Shown here one piece after another: positions 50,645 to 64,000 of a DNA stretch of 64,000 nt. The notes under the pieces were generated by a model that was not told where the DNA came from, searched no databases, and was given only the letters and a program-made list of their open reading frames with translations. A program made the position numbers and the translations under genes. How positions within the stretch are numbered: the first letter of the stretch is position 1; every line of letters begins with the position of its first letter. Origin of the DNA: Eledone cirrhosa (taxonomy: Eukaryota); NCBI GenBank assembly GCA_964016885.1, contig OZ024741.1:365614001-365678000 (forward strand). Reading direction: 5' to 3'.

Positions 50645-53600
50645 TTCGTATCGTGAGAGAGTAGAGGTTTAACGGGATAAGCGATACATATAGTTAATTG
50701 CCAAAAGCTGGTGCATTTGTGCTCAATACTTGTGCCTACAGGGTTAAATATCGGAAGCGTTAATATTTAGCGAGCGAGAATATATGTCTGTGTGTGTGTG
50801 TGTGTGTTTGTGTGTATGAAATTATTGATAAATTACAAAAACCCCAAGATTGTGAGATCCTTGGAATGATTTATAGGAATAGGCCTTTAAACATGCTGGC
50901 CATCGAGTTAAATCAAAAACATTATTTTTTCCTGTATTGGTATTATCATATATATCTCTGAACAAGTTTTCAGCATCGGAATACTGTGAGATATAGTGGA
51001 AGTGAAACATATTATTACCGCAAATGAAATAAAGGAATTATATAAATCATGACGGTATAAGTAGAAATGTATGTCACGAATCTGTCACTCGTTTTCATTT
51101 CTCTGCTAGAATGATACTCGATCATTTTATGCAAATGTGAAATGAATAACTATGAATAGGTGTCACTAAGAGTAGACTACGCACAAATCTGTACATTAGT
51201 AATTTTGAAGTAAAGGAAATTTACGGGATACACACGAAACTACCTTTTATATGACATGCAAAACTAATAAAAATATAAGTATTATGATTAAAGATTGTCT
51301 CTGGAAATATTCAACATCACAATTAAAAGTTGTCTTATCAACTAACACAGGGAAAATAAGAAGTGACTGAAGCTTTGCTACACAATTTCAGACCTGTCAA
51401 CTCTCCCCGTCCAACGGGTAGATCTCCGATCCAATTTGGGGTCGCTGAGAGATGCCTTCTCTTGTGAAAATGAATGTAGCTTTCATTATGTAAAATCTCT
51501 CCATTTTGCGACATTTCTCCCCGTTTTGAGGCACTTTGTTTTCATGATACTCCTCGTTTGGGTCTTTAGAGATCAGCAGGTCTGCAATTTTGTACATTAG
51601 TAATGTTCAGGGGAATTGGCAGATACGTAATACAAATTTCATTTGAAATGAAATAATTTTTTTACGGTAAATATTATGATTAGACATATACGCAGTCGAT
51701 AAGTGGGGAGATCATTTTGAGGACAGCGAACAATTTGGGATTTTATTTCCAAACCAGTTAAAATTCAAATTTAGAAAAAGCAGGTTAGTTAAATGAATAT
51801 TCAATAAAATTAAAAGCTAATGTTTTCCGTACCACTGGAGAAAATCGAACGTATTAACATTTCATATTTCAATTGATCTTATAATTCACTGTGTAACATT
51901 AATCTGGGTAAAACCTATTATTGAAGTGGATTTGTTTAATTTTCTTGTGTTTAATTTGTATTCATTTTTCCCCCTTTTTTTAACCAATATTAAATTAAAA
52001 TTGATTATTTTTCCTTTATAGCACATGTATAAAATGTATCGTTTGAAAACTACATATCTCTACTTTCAATGATTTGAAACATTTCGAAAAAGTAATAATG
52101 AATTAAACCATCTGAATTAATTTTATTGTTGAAATTGTATATTTCGTTTTACAATTTCCTTTAAACTCCTCCCCACCAACCGAAATGGTACCATCTAATT
52201 CATCCATGTCAGGAGTAATATTATTAACGGTTTTTGTTTTTATTATGCCCTTCTTCATTATAGATTAATCAATGATCTGCATCTTTCTTTTGAGATATTC
52301 ATTTTTAATTTGGAAAACCAACATCCGAAAATAATACGATCACGGTGCATATTCTTGGTGTGCATCATATAACGAAGTATTTAGATCAGGAATAAATATT
52401 GTTGGCATCAAGTATTTCCTTGGGAAACGGAGAAAATGATCTGATACAAGACTAATAGGTTATGCGAAGATTAAACAAGATGGTAGAGGATTAGTGTTGT
52501 TGTTGCCTTCAAGAAATATTTTATGTTTTTAATGTAGAGACAATAGGCCTTTTAACACAGAGGAGAAAGTGAAGCATAAAAGAAAGCATACTGCATTAAC
52601 TTATGAACTGATAAGTCAAGGGATCATTGTTGGATTCCATTGCAAATCATCAAATGGGCCTTTTGTGTGAAACATAATGTCTCACATCACAGATCCTTAT
52701 ATATATATATATGAGAATAAACGTGCTGCGTGGTTACAAATGGGTTACATATGAATAAAGTTAGTCCTTCATCAGTGATCTTCCAACCATCATCGGTATT
52801 TCATCGCTTTAAAGACCATATACTTCAATGGATTGCTTTGTGTGCTAAACTAAGATGACATTGGCCGTTTCGATTGCTGAAATTGCGAGTACTTTCATGT
52901 TTACATATGTTTATCTGTCAATACAACGATTACATTCTTTTCAGAGCTTAGGTCTCTTGCTGGGAAATAATCATATGAATGTGCTCCAAATAGATTTGCT
53001 GAGCAAATTGAAAACAACGTGAATGAAATTACTGGTTACCGATCTAAACCGTTATTATATATATGCATATATATATATACACAGTTCAAGAGTAACCAAT
53101 CTTAAAGAGAGAGATGGAGATAGTAGAGGAGATATGAGAAGAGAGATTGGTGAGTTAGTTAGAAGCCGAAGCGTAAAGGCATGTGCTCAATGTGCAATAT
53201 GCAGTAGAAAGCAGCTAGGTGGCTGGGTTCATGCAGAAGCTAGGTGCGCAGAGCTGGAAATATTCATTAGTTAAGAAAAACAAGACCACAAACTTCACAA
53301 GGAAGACATTATTAAAAGATTGTCAACATATTTTAGTTTGATGTAAGGAATGTAGAGAATAATAATAATAATATTAATAATAATAATGTCCGTTTACAAT
53401 TGTTTCGCTACTCCATATAATATTTCTGGATCAGATGTCTATATATCATAATTGATCTGGTTCAGATGCAGTAATGGTTAATTACTACACTGGATAGAGT
53501 TGACGTACGGTGAGAGGTTACTCAACGAGTTATGGAAGAATTGTTGAAGAAACTTAGTTCCTGATCCTTCTGTATTCCGGAGTGTAGATAAAGAATGAAT

Positions 53601-54370
53601 AATAACAGGTAGACATCATAAAAAGGTAATTTATTCCGTGTGCTTACAAATGTTTCCACGGTGGTACTACAGCCTAGTAGTAAATTTATAACTATTTGCA
53701 AAACTCAATTATCAAATGCTGTGACCACTGTATCATCAGAGCAGAATGGTTAAAATGTACAATGTAAATACCCTTAAGTGAGGTTATTGGGGAAGATAGA
53801 GTAGAAAAGGAAGAGAGAAAAGAAGGGGAGGGGAAGAGAGATAGAAAGATATGCAGGGGTTGGAGAAATGGGAGAGAGTGGTTTGTAGATATCTTAATCA
53901 AAATGTTGTGGTAGGGGTTTTATTATACTGGTTACTCTTAAAGCGACCACCTTAAGCGATGCGTTGATAGTCAAGGTTGGAATTATTTATTGCCCCAGAG
54001 GGCAGGTTCATAGATGTGGAGAGGGAGGGAGGTAGGCCTAGGGCGAGAGAGAGAGTGGAATGGATAGAGAGGGAGATATAGAGAGGGGACAGGCGAAAGC
54101 TATGGGGTGGGTGAACATTGGGTTCATAGTAGTAATCTGCGAATTGCACTAAGTTCCCATTTATAGTGATAAGCAGGGTATTGTCTTGTAGTGTGGGGGA
54201 AGAGAAAGTGGTTAGCTAGAAAGCAATGTTATAGTTACAGGTTCGAATGTTAAGTTATTTTATAGTGAGAGAATTTAGCTTTTAGTTTGTGGTTGCAGTA
54301 TACCGATTCTTAGCCATTTTTTAATGTATTCTTGGCGCGATCACTTTGGAAAATTGTCTAAATTTGAGCT

Positions 54371-54450
54371 AACTTCCTGAAGAATCCGAAGCTCTAGATA
54401 TCCAATGTTATCGGATGTCTTAAAATGAGGATGAAACCATGGTAGAGGTT
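54371..54450 (+). ncRNA. Type I hammerhead with extended stem II
   Basis: AACTTC-CTGAAGA-ATCC...GGAT-GAAA-CCATGG-TA-GAGGTT. Confidence 0.75.
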
Positions 54451-54725
54451 ATTAAATATGCAACTTTTCTTCTAGTTTCTTTAACAACTAATTCTGTTTA
54501 GTTGACGGTATATCTGGTCGATTTATACATACTGTAGAAATATTCGATAAATGATCCGTCGTAGCCGCCGCTAAGAGGCTGCTTTCAGTTATTTGTCGGA
54601 GATTTCTTAATCGGAGCCTTTATTCTTATAGCTTGGTCTAATTGATTTTTTATGTGGTTAATTATGCTAATTGGGAGAGGAAACGGTATATAATTTATCT
54701 GGTGATTCTATAGACATGTTTTATG

Positions 54726-54763
<38 letters not shown>

Positions 54764-54764
<1 letters not shown>

Positions 54765-55413
54765 AATACATTAAAATATATGATAAACACAAAACGTGTT
54801 TGCATTGCAACAGACAAAGTTAGCTATTATTGAAATAAACTAATTAAAGTGAATACAATTTGTCTGTCTCGATATAAGTCAATAAAGACAAGCTTATATT
54901 GGCAATGGCCATGGTTCCTGGACATATTAAAATTTCAAAATCCAAACCTGTTCCGTAGATGAATTTGAACCTCAAAACCCAAATACGTTTCGCAAAGGTG
55001 GTACGTGAATTGAAAAATAAAGAGAATCGAAATGGAAATGAAATAAAAAGTGAAATATTAAAATCTTCTGTGCTTATCAACAGGAACCCAGTAAAATTAG
55101 TACATTTCACATCAAAAGTTTAGCAGGTCTGACTACACGTGTGCAGCCAGGCCAAATTAGCCGTCCCGCATTCCCGGTGCTAGAAATAACAGCCGTTTAT
55201 GCGGGATTAAAGATCAGCTCTACAGTTAAGGAGCAATATACTATATTATATTTTATATAGTATATACTATATTATATATATAAGCTTGTCTTTATTGACT
55301 TATATCGAGACAGACAAATTGTATTCACTTTAATTAGTTTATTTCATTAATAGCTAACTTTGTCTGTTGCAATGCAAACACGTTTTGTGTTTATCATATA
55401 TTTTAATGTATTT
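54764..55413. repeat. Fold-back element: ~135-bp inverted arms (54764-54899 / 55277-55413)
   Basis: AAATACATTAAAATATATGATAAAC...GACAAGCTTATAT is the reverse complement of ATATAAGCTTGTC...ATATTTTAATGTATTT. Confidence 0.9.
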
Positions 55414-55487
55414 AACTGCTCGGAAATGCCCCTTTTCTTGGAGCTGGATTATTGTAAACGACTGAGAGTTTATTCTCAAAATATAAT

Positions 55488-55523
<36 letters not shown>

Positions 55524-56228
55524 CAGTTAAAACTTCATTAAGGCATTTTACTGAGAGACAAAGTAAGTTACGTAAACTTAATATTTATCTCTTTAATTGG
55601 TTTAAGATTTCTGTGTATACATCTATTTCTCTGGCCTTCTTTTCAGTCACTCTGAACTTGAAATTCAAATCTCACCAATGTTTACTTTCGTGGTCAATAA
55701 ACAATGTATTATTCTGCATGTAGTTTACTGGTGGATGTTTTGTGGTATTTTGGTCTGGCTCTGTGAATGTTACCTTTTCTTTCTATATGTACAGTTTAGC
55801 TCACTGTCAACGAATAAATTCTCACATACTCTTTTTTATTTCAATAGTTCAATCACATATATTACACCACTCAGTAAAACATCGCTAGTAGCTTTTACTA
55901 AGAGAAAAAATCTTAATGTTTGTGATTTATTCAGAGAGTGTTTAACAGTTACATGAAAATGTCACCGTATATTCTCTTCTTAGCGAATATCTTTTTTACA
56001 TAGATACATATTTTTGGCCTTCAGATATTCTCAGCCTATTCTTTAAAAAAAAGCAATCTTTTGAGCTGATGGAAGAGCCATATATATTTTCAAATTTTTA
56101 AAGTGTTTTCTTGAAATTCATACATATATATTTGCTGTCGAACATAAATGTATCTACATTTTTAAAAAGATACTTTTGTACTGAATCAATTGTACAACTG
56201 CAAGTTATATATTGCTTCATATATATAC

Positions 56229-56321
<93 letters not shown>

Positions 56322-56619
56322 TGTGTGTGTGTGTGTGTGTGTATGAATAAACATCGTTGTCTGTGGTCGAGTCGAAGCAAGTGTATATTTAAATTCATAG
56401 AAAATGAGAAACTTCAATGCAAGAATAGCTATTAAAACAGGCAAATGCTGTCTATGAAAGCGTTGGGTAAAATTACCTCAGAGGACAGAGATCAGTTGCT
56501 AGTGGTTGGTAGAGAGGCAATCCACGAGGTGGGTGATAGATAGAAGACTTCTAAAAATGATTGAGAGAGGAGGATTTTTTTGGCGCATAGAAGTGAATGG
56601 TAGAAAGAAATCAAGAAAA

Positions 56620-56760
56620 GATGGTTTGAGAGTTTCCCCGAGAACATCGTTGCATTTATCCTCCACTAATCCCCTATAAAATGTCGAAGTGCAGTCTCCG
56701 CTGATTGCCGTCCCCGCTTGGTAGAGGGCTGTGAGTGCCTGTTCACTTAGTTGTAGAAAT
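56620..56760 (-). mobile_element. Small Tx1 ORF2 fragment
   Basis: QALTALYQAGTAISGDCTSTFYRGLVEDKCNDVLGETL aligns with QALTALCKVGNAVSGTSTQDFYRGLGEGKYDDVLGEAL in ORF 27213-29981. Confidence 0.8.
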
Positions 56761-56944
56761 GGGGCCAATCTCTATCTGCCTTTGCCCTTCCCTTTGACGA
56801 CATTGGTGGCGTTGGAGGAGAGACTGGTTTGCATGGACAACTGCTGATCTTCCACAAACAACCTTCTTTGGACATGTGGTTCGGAGGGGAACTTTTTAGG
56901 TGCAAATCTCATGGTCATTCCTATATATATATAGAGCTCTTTAA

Positions 56945-57038
<94 letters not shown>

Positions 57039-58039
57039 TGTGTGTGTGAAAACTCATCGCTAGAACAGCCATTAAAACAGCTAAATGCTGTCAAAGACAG
57101 CGATGGTGAAAACTGCCCCAGGGGAGAGGATTATTGAATTCTTGTTACGCTCAAAAACAGCAGTTCTCAAAATCTTTGACGTAGAAGCTTTATAAGATTC
57201 TGCAAATATTGTAGATAATATAACTACATTTTACGGATAATCACCATCATAGAAATCTTATTAAGATATTGAATGAAATAAAAATGTTCATACAAAATCA
57301 AAGATAAAAACTTCATAAATGCTTATTTATTTATCAAGATATCTCTTTGTACGTCTATTTTCAAATCTATTGCACAGATTGTACGAAGCCTGGTGCTTAT
57401 CAAACTTTCATGAGTGTTAAGATACTGAGAATATCCCTGGACTGGAATAATGTCCATTTTGTGGTTATATCCCAGACGTCGCTGGTATTAAGGTTCAACT
57501 AATTTAAACGGAGCAACATGAAATAAAGTTCTGAAACAACAAAACTCGCCACCCAATTTAGGAATCAAAAGCACAATCTTATGGCTGTGAGCCTAAAACC
57601 TTAACGACTAGACCACATGCTTACACTCTGTAGGCGTATGAAATGTTAGTAAAAAGCAATTTATCTCGCGGCAACCCAGCCTCGTTTCGTGGAATGCTGT
57701 GTTTCCTCTAAATCCACTTTTGGAAATACTGCTCTAGAAATAGCATTTTGAAGCATATGAATTAAATATATTATTAAATGAACCATCACGACTTTGTACA
57801 AAGCAATTCGCATCTCCTCAAATATCTACTTTTGCTAAAATTATAACGGAGTTGCATTGAAGTCGAAATACAAAATTCACTCAAACATTGTGTGTTGGAT
57901 GCTGCGAAACTAGTATTGGATACGCTATTTCCACTATCAAACGCTATTTCATTTGCACATACATGCATATATATATATACACATATAAGAAACAAATATA
58001 TCTACACTTATATAGACGCATGTATATATATATATGTAA

Positions 58040-58097
<58 letters not shown>

Positions 58098-58427
58098 GAT
58101 ATATATAATATAGATGTGTGGATGGGTGTGTGTGTAATATGTATATATTTATTTATTTATATATAATGCTAAAGTATTGGCATTGTTGTTCTCAGAATAC
58201 TGATGGCTTCAACAATCAGTCACAATCTGAGAGATCTGATATCAGCCGAACAAAGATACAAGAATAGACACGCAACCGCATAGAAATCACCACGCACTGC
58301 ATTTTACAAAGACTATATTTACTCTCAATTCATATGAATGCAACTATATGTAAGTATATATATATATTTGTGCATATCTACCTATCTATCTGTCTCTTTC
58401 ACTCTCCCTCTCTGTATATATATAATA

Positions 58428-58504
<77 letters not shown>

Positions 58505-58563
58505 ATATCGTTTCTGAATTTGTTTAGCAAGATTCTTTATCTGAAAACGTGTGTTGAAACCGA

Positions 58564-59262
58564 TATTGTTATACTTTGGGAGGGTCATGTTGCCAATAAG
58601 AAACACACGCACCAGTTGCTATCACTTCAATTTATTATAATAAATTTATAAATTTAGGAATTTATAAATTTCCGGTTGGTTGGTTGGTTCCACAACCAGA
58701 TGATTGTTTATATATTGTCAAAGTTCTTTCATCACACATTCTGTGACCTCTTCAGTGACTGGGGATTCTTTTAGACAAATCACAGAGGCAATAAACATAA
58801 ATGAACTCCAACCAAAATTAAATAGAAAACATGAATGGAACAGCAACATCACAACTTACAATCAAGGACAAAATGAAAACACACACGCACATAGAACAAA
58901 CAACCAACAAGTAACATGTAAATAAACAAATAAATAAACGAATATAAACACACACAGACACCCGGACGTAATACATGCGCAAACTAAGCACACAACACAC
59001 AACACAAAAACAAGATGGCGTAGGACAGAACAAAGGAGAGGCACAAAAACAAAGAAAAGAATCCCCAGTCACTGAAGAGGTCACAGAATGTGTGACGAAA
59101 GAACTTTGACAATATATAAACAATCATCTGGTTGTGGAACCAACCAACCAACCGGAAATTTATAAATTCCTAAATTTATAAATTTATTATAATAAATTGA
59201 AGTGATAGCAATGGTGTGTTTGTTTCTTATTAGCAACATGACCCTCCCAAAATATAACAATA
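58564..59262. repeat. Fold-back element: ~205-bp inverted arms (58564-58772 / 59056-59262), each with a hammerhead
   Basis: Arms are near-exact reverse complements. Confidence 0.92.
59068..59110 (+). ncRNA. Minimal hammerhead (inverse copy at 58717-58759)
   Basis: GTCA-CTGAAGA-G-GTCACA-GAATG-TGTGAC-GAAA-GAAC-TT-TGAC. Confidence 0.7.
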
Positions 59263-60380
59263 CCCTCTTCCTCACCCTTCACTCACTCATTCTCTGTTAC
59301 TACCTCTCCCCCTCCTTCTTCCCGTTTGACCTGTGCGTAATTCTTTTCTTTCGCACCCTTGGTCTGGCAGGTCGCATTTTTTCTCTCTCTCATCTACGAT
59401 TTCACAGAACTTACGTTCACCGAAATCACAGACTAGATCCCTTCTTCCTCCCGTTAGACCTGTACGGAATTCCTTCCTTGCTTACATTCCAACCAGGTTT
59501 GATGGTCTTTATTCTCTCTCGTTCACGATTTCACCGAATTTAAATTCATAGAAATTTGGGACTTGACTCCTTCTTCCTCTCTTTTCGTTGCTTCACCATT
59601 TGTTTGTTTACACTCGTGTCCCCTTTATGTACGTGTCCCAACGACTTTTTTTAGCCGTTGCTCGCACCAACCGGATATATATGGTCTTTAAAGCGATGAA
59701 ATACGAATGATGGTTGGAAGATCACTGATGAAGGACTAACTTTATTAATATGTAACCCATTAGCAACCCAGCAGCACGTTTTTCTCATATTTACACTTAT
59801 TTTTTTGCCCGCTGTTACACGTCTATTTCGTTCTTACTGCTTCCTCTTTCTCTGTATCTTTACCCTCTCTAGCAGTCACTCTCTCTGTTAGCCTCTTCCT
59901 CACCCTTCACTCACTCATTCTCTGTTACTACCTCTCCTCCTCCTCCTTCTTCCCGTTTGGCCTGTGCGTAATTCTTTTCTTTCGCACCCTTGGTCTGGCA
60001 GGTCGCATTTTTTCTCTCTCTCGTCTACGATTTCACAGAACTTACGTTCACCGAAATCACAGACTAGATCCCTTCTTCCTCCCGTTAGACCTGTACGGAA
60101 TTCCTTCCTTGCTTATATTCCAACCAGGTTTGATGGTCTTTATTCTCTCTCGTTCATGATTTCACCGAATTTAATTCATAGAAATTTGGGACTTGACTCC
60201 TTCTTCCTCCCTTTTCGTTGCTTCACCATTTTGTTTGTTTACACTCGTGTTCCCTTTATTTACGTGTCCCAACGACTTTTTTTAGCCGTTGCTCGCACCA
60301 ACCGGAGGTATATGGTCTTTAAAGCGATGAAATACCAATGATGGTTGGAAGATCACTGATGAAGGACTAACTTTATTCAT
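59263..60380 (+). repeat. Tandem duplication, ~630-bp period (59263-59750 / 59892-60380)
   Basis: ORFs 59333 and 59964 are near-identical. The unit's 3' part also occurs inverted at ~52710-52822. Confidence 0.92.
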
Positions 60381-60400
60381 ATATATATATATACATACAT

Positions 60401-60517
60401 ATATAGAAATGGCTTGAACAGGACTAGAACTGTTTCATTCGGGAGAAATCATGACGGCTTTCCAGATGATTTCTCCCGAATAAAACAGTTCTTGTCCTAT
60501 GAAAGCCATTTCTATAT
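60401..60517. repeat. ~115-bp imperfect hairpin
   Basis: ATATAGAAATGGCTT..AGGAC.AGAACTGTTT.ATTCGGGAGAAATCAT / ATGATTTCTCCCGAAT.AAACAGTTCT.GTCCT..AAGCCATTTCTATAT. Confidence 0.88.
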
Positions 60518-60519
60518 TA

Positions 60520-61034
60520 AACTAGCAGTGGTACCCGGCGTTGCACGGGATAAGGTATTGTGAAATATATAACCGCTTTAGCTAAGCTTAGTATTTCCAC
60601 AACCACGGCTGGCAAAGAAGTAAGGGTCTGGTGGTACGTAAGTAAGCAACATTGTGGCTTAAAACGCGAGGAAGAAGTTGTGTGCCCTTAGCAACTGTTT
60701 AGGGAATGTGTGTGAGATTTGTGGTAAGGGTGGCAGAATAACCGGAGACAGCAGACAGCAGACATACAGACAGATATTATAAGGGCGCGACGTTATAAGT
60801 ATGTATCTATCTAAAAAGAGAAAGACTAAGAATTATAGAGAGAGATCGGCAAATCGCCTAATGCGGTTCCTAGGGCATTAAAAATGTGACATTTCTTTGG
60901 CTCAGAACACTCCCTGAAACATACTTATTACAAGTGTAAAATTTGAAAACAGACGGTTGGGTGGTTCTCTAGTTTTAGGGATTCAAACTCACACACACAC
61001 ACAGACAGACATCCTCAGTTTTATATATATAGAT
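60520..61034 (+). mobile_element. Non-autonomous Helentron/HINE (Lep1/DINE-1-like) element
   Basis: 5' ACTAGC..TACCCGGCGTTGCACGGG short inverted repeat; 3' (CA)n(CAGA)n then TTTTATATATATAGAT. Confidence 0.65.
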
Positions 61035-61121
61035 ATTTATACTCTGCTTTTATTGAGTACCTTACCTACTGTATTTACTCCCGATTTAACCCGGAGTAAA
61101 TAAGCATATATATATATATAT

Positions 61122-61404
61122 ATTAGGATTGATGCTCTGAAATAGCGATGTATACATGAATGCATGTATAGTATATTTGGCAATATACGGTATGTTTAAT
61201 TAAAAACATTTTGAAGACCTTGCGCTATCATTTTTAAAGTAGTGAATATGACATTTACTTCTTTTTTAGGCAAAAGAAGGAAGAGAAGCTGACTGATTCT
61301 GTTTCACGCTGTTGGCGATCCTAAGAGCCTTTGCCGAAAATTATAGAGGCTGGATTCTTATACAATTCATGTATACATCACTATTTCAGAGCACCAATCC
61401 TAAT
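61122..61404. repeat. Small fold-back element with ~40-bp inverted arms
   Basis: ATTAGGATTGATGCTCTGAAATAGCGATGTATACATGAAT / ATTCATGTATACATCACTATTTCAGAGCACCAATCCTAAT. Confidence 0.85.
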
Positions 61405-61639
61405 TTTTTATTTAATGGGTAATATGCAACAGGATATTGTCGGTATATTGACTAATCGATAGCAGTTAGGAAACACTATAGCATTAGCCTCAATATAATA
61501 CATCTCCTCTGAGGTTCATATATACATGTATAATGATGTAGGAAGCTCAAACCCAGAAAATATCTCCAATTAGTCAGTTACTATTAAGTAGGTTATAAAC
61601 ATCGGGTAAAGACTTCGTGAGCCAAAGCAAATTTTGGCA

Positions 61640-61715
61640 GCGACCGCGAAGAGGAATCAAACTCTGTATCTCCCAGATTCCGGCTAGGTGTTGTAACCAT
61701 TGAACTAAGTGACTT
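61640..61715 (-). mobile_element. tRNA-like SINE head, decayed
   Basis: Minus strand TAGTTCAATGGTTA (A-box-like) ... GAGTTTGATTCCT (B-box-like); no convincing cloverleaf. Confidence 0.45.
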
Positions 61716-61811
61716 CTGCCACCATCTTACCGAAAATATAAAGAAAATTTGTGTATGAGGCTTGAATTTTCGAACTTACTAAGCGCCGAGGAAATAAATT
61801 TATATATAAGA

Positions 61812-61877
<66 letters not shown>

Positions 61878-63189
61878 AGATTTTGTTTACTGTCGCACCG
61901 TATTTGCCATGGTACTTGGAGACTAGAGCCGAATGCTACCATTCTATTGTACAGCGATTTGAGACAGATTTTTTTCTAATAACCGATTTTTTCACTCTCA
62001 TATTAATTTGTGTTTGACTTGAGATATGTTGGTTGAGTACTAATGGAGGCACCAAAGTATAGAATCTCGATCCGAGCCATCACGTAAATTTCTGAACCAG
62101 TGGCTTATCGGTTGACGGTATTTTGATGACGCGTTGGAATTTCAGTAACTAATATACTACTGAGTCACCTGTACATTTACTGACATGGACGACACGGACT
62201 AGAATCGAATTCTGTCGATCGATTGGTTATTTATTAGGCGAAACCCGCTGATGAAAGCACATGCGCCGATTTTCATTATTCCGTAATAAATGCAGACAAT
62301 AGATGCTGTACGCTCTCTTGCTGGCCGAAACTCGAGTACGAGTATAGATTCATGGTACCCATTTACGTGTCTACACTGGGATTTATACATAAACTTACCT
62401 ATTGAGAACGTTGAGATGCAATCGGTACTAGCAGGGAAACCTTATGCTAGTCTTGCAAACTTTTTATCATATATATATGGTCTCCCCAAAAAGTGTATAT
62501 ACACTTCAATAACATTCTAATAATGTGTGTGAGTGTGTACAACAAGACTATTTACTACTTTAATACACTGGATTGGATTTCGCAGGATTTACGTGACTTT
62601 ATGAAGTCGTATGTGGGTTTTCTCTCCCGAATTAAGTAGCATTGCCGCAAATGGTGATGATTTTGAGTTAACTGATTATACTTCGAAGTCGTTGATATCG
62701 CTATTTTCTCAACATTTTAATTACAGTATATACTTTAATCTATATATTAGGATATGAAATCTGATATATATCTTTTTTTCTTTCAAATAATGTAAGACTT
62801 TTTTGAGCTGAAAACGTATTATAATATACGTAATATATCAAAAGAAACCTATTTCGTATTAATAAAAAAAAAATACATATATATTAATTTACAGAAAAAA
62901 AAGACTGAGCAATCGGAATGTCTAGCTATCACCTGAACGTAGACAGGCACTCAAGAACACAACACATATGTATGTATGTGTGTATGTATGTTCTTCTGGG
63001 TTTATAATTTCACAATGTTTGCCAATAGAGAGAGAGAGTCGGTTTCTAACATAGACACAAGACTCTCTCATTGGAATATACACAACATCAACTAGGTAGA
63101 TATGTATGCATGTATGCATGTGTAGATATGGATGTTATTGTATGTGTGGATGTGGATGTTTTGAGTTGTATATGTGCATGTGTATATGC

Positions 63190-64000
63190 TTAGTATCTGT
63201 ACATGTGTATATGGAGTATAAGATGCACAATTTTGGGAATGTTTTACATATTTTTACTGTTCCATTAATGGATTGTACTTCTAATTTCCTAACTAGTTGT
63301 GTTCTTTCTGTTCCTATGAAGCCCAGATTCTCAAGATGTGTATTGAGGTAGTTACTAACATATCCCATTCCCCCAATAATCACAGGTATAAATCTGAAGG
63401 TATAATCAGGGTGGAGTATCTGCAGATTTCTCATCAGTTCTGCATAAATATTCTCCTTTTCGCTAATCTTTGATATTATATTGGCATCTGCTGGGCAACT
63501 AACTTCCACTACTGTGCATGCCTTCTTTTCCCTGTCCCATATCATAATATCTGGTCTGTTATGCCTGCATTTTATTCGGGTTTTTACTAGAACATTCCAC
63601 CAGACCTCTTTCATATTATATATGTATGTCTTCCACATGACTGTAGCTTTTAATGTGTTTATTATCGGGGCTATCTTTTTTACGAACTGCATTGTACAGT
63701 GTTTTGGCAACTACATCATGCCTCATAGGTAGATAGTACCGCGATGACATCTTTGGGCAGCTGCTGATGACATGGGTGACATCTTCGATGTTAATTCTGC
63801 AGAGTCTGCACTTGTTATCACATCTATGTGTTTTGCTTGCATCCCTATCTCTTTTGTATATCAGGTATTTCGTGTTGATTTCCTGTTCTTGGGTTGCAAA
63901 CGCGTATCCTTCAAAGTGGGAGCCAATATAGCGGTTGTTGTTCCAAGATAGACTACTTTCATTATCTATATTACTCTCACTCTGGAAATTCCTGGCAACA
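63190..64000 (-). mobile_element. 3' part of a third R4/Dong-type family (CCHC + RLE), runs off the window
   Basis: ATQEQEINTKYL, CRLCRINIEDVTHVISSC, RHD, HNRPD..VEVSCPAD..KENIY..IPVIIGGMG. Confidence 0.88.

Noticed and set aside
51389-51625. Host exon (ORF 51397-51597 and the open antisense frame)
   Set aside because: No recognisable protein; bounded by imperfect inverted ends (ACCTGTCAACTCTCCC / GGGAATTGGCAGAT), more like a decayed MITE.
59680-59750. Hammerhead at GAAA...CTGATGA in the tandem unit (also 60310-60380 and 52745-52820)
   Set aside because: I could not build stems II and III or a cleavage triplet in any topology.
61640-61715. Functional tRNA gene (also the SINE heads at 3513, 38344 and 45048)
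   Set aside because: Only A/B boxes; no complete cloverleaf, and three of the four run into SINE bodies.
62235-62280. GAAACCCG-CTGATGA as a hammerhead
   Set aside because: No room for stems I and III between the motifs and no closing stem II.

Overview
Eukaryotic, AT-rich, repeat-saturated window. I found no host protein-coding gene. Most short ORFs in the track are translations of (TA)n/(CA)n/(TACA)n microsatellites. The repeat complement suggests an invertebrate, probably a cephalopod such as Octopus (inference): Nin/Deu-domain tRNA SINEs and dense TA tracts. Contents: (i) a head-to-tail stack of R4/Dong-type RLE non-LTR retrotransposons inserted in (TAA)n tracts (4.6-14.1 kb, one full-length copy); (ii) two Tx1/L1-clade LINEs also bounded by (ATT)n; (iii) a near-intact Penelope-like element (RT + C-terminal GIY-YIG, ~310-bp terminal repeats each carrying a hammerhead); (iv) RTE, CR1/L2, mariner, Helentron-like and SINE remnants. 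Unexplained structure of most interest: about 15 hammerhead-ribozyme (HHR) motifs in about 10 different small non-coding elements, many in fold-back (inverted-arm) units within TA tracts, including three families with the compensatory U3-A8 core (UUGAUAA); a 20 x 35-bp array inside a fold-back next to the Penelope 5' end; and conserved splice-like signals shared by the Dong and Tx1 5' ends and the Tx1 ORF1/ORF2 junctions. All alignments and folds were done by eye, so coordinates may be off by a few nt.
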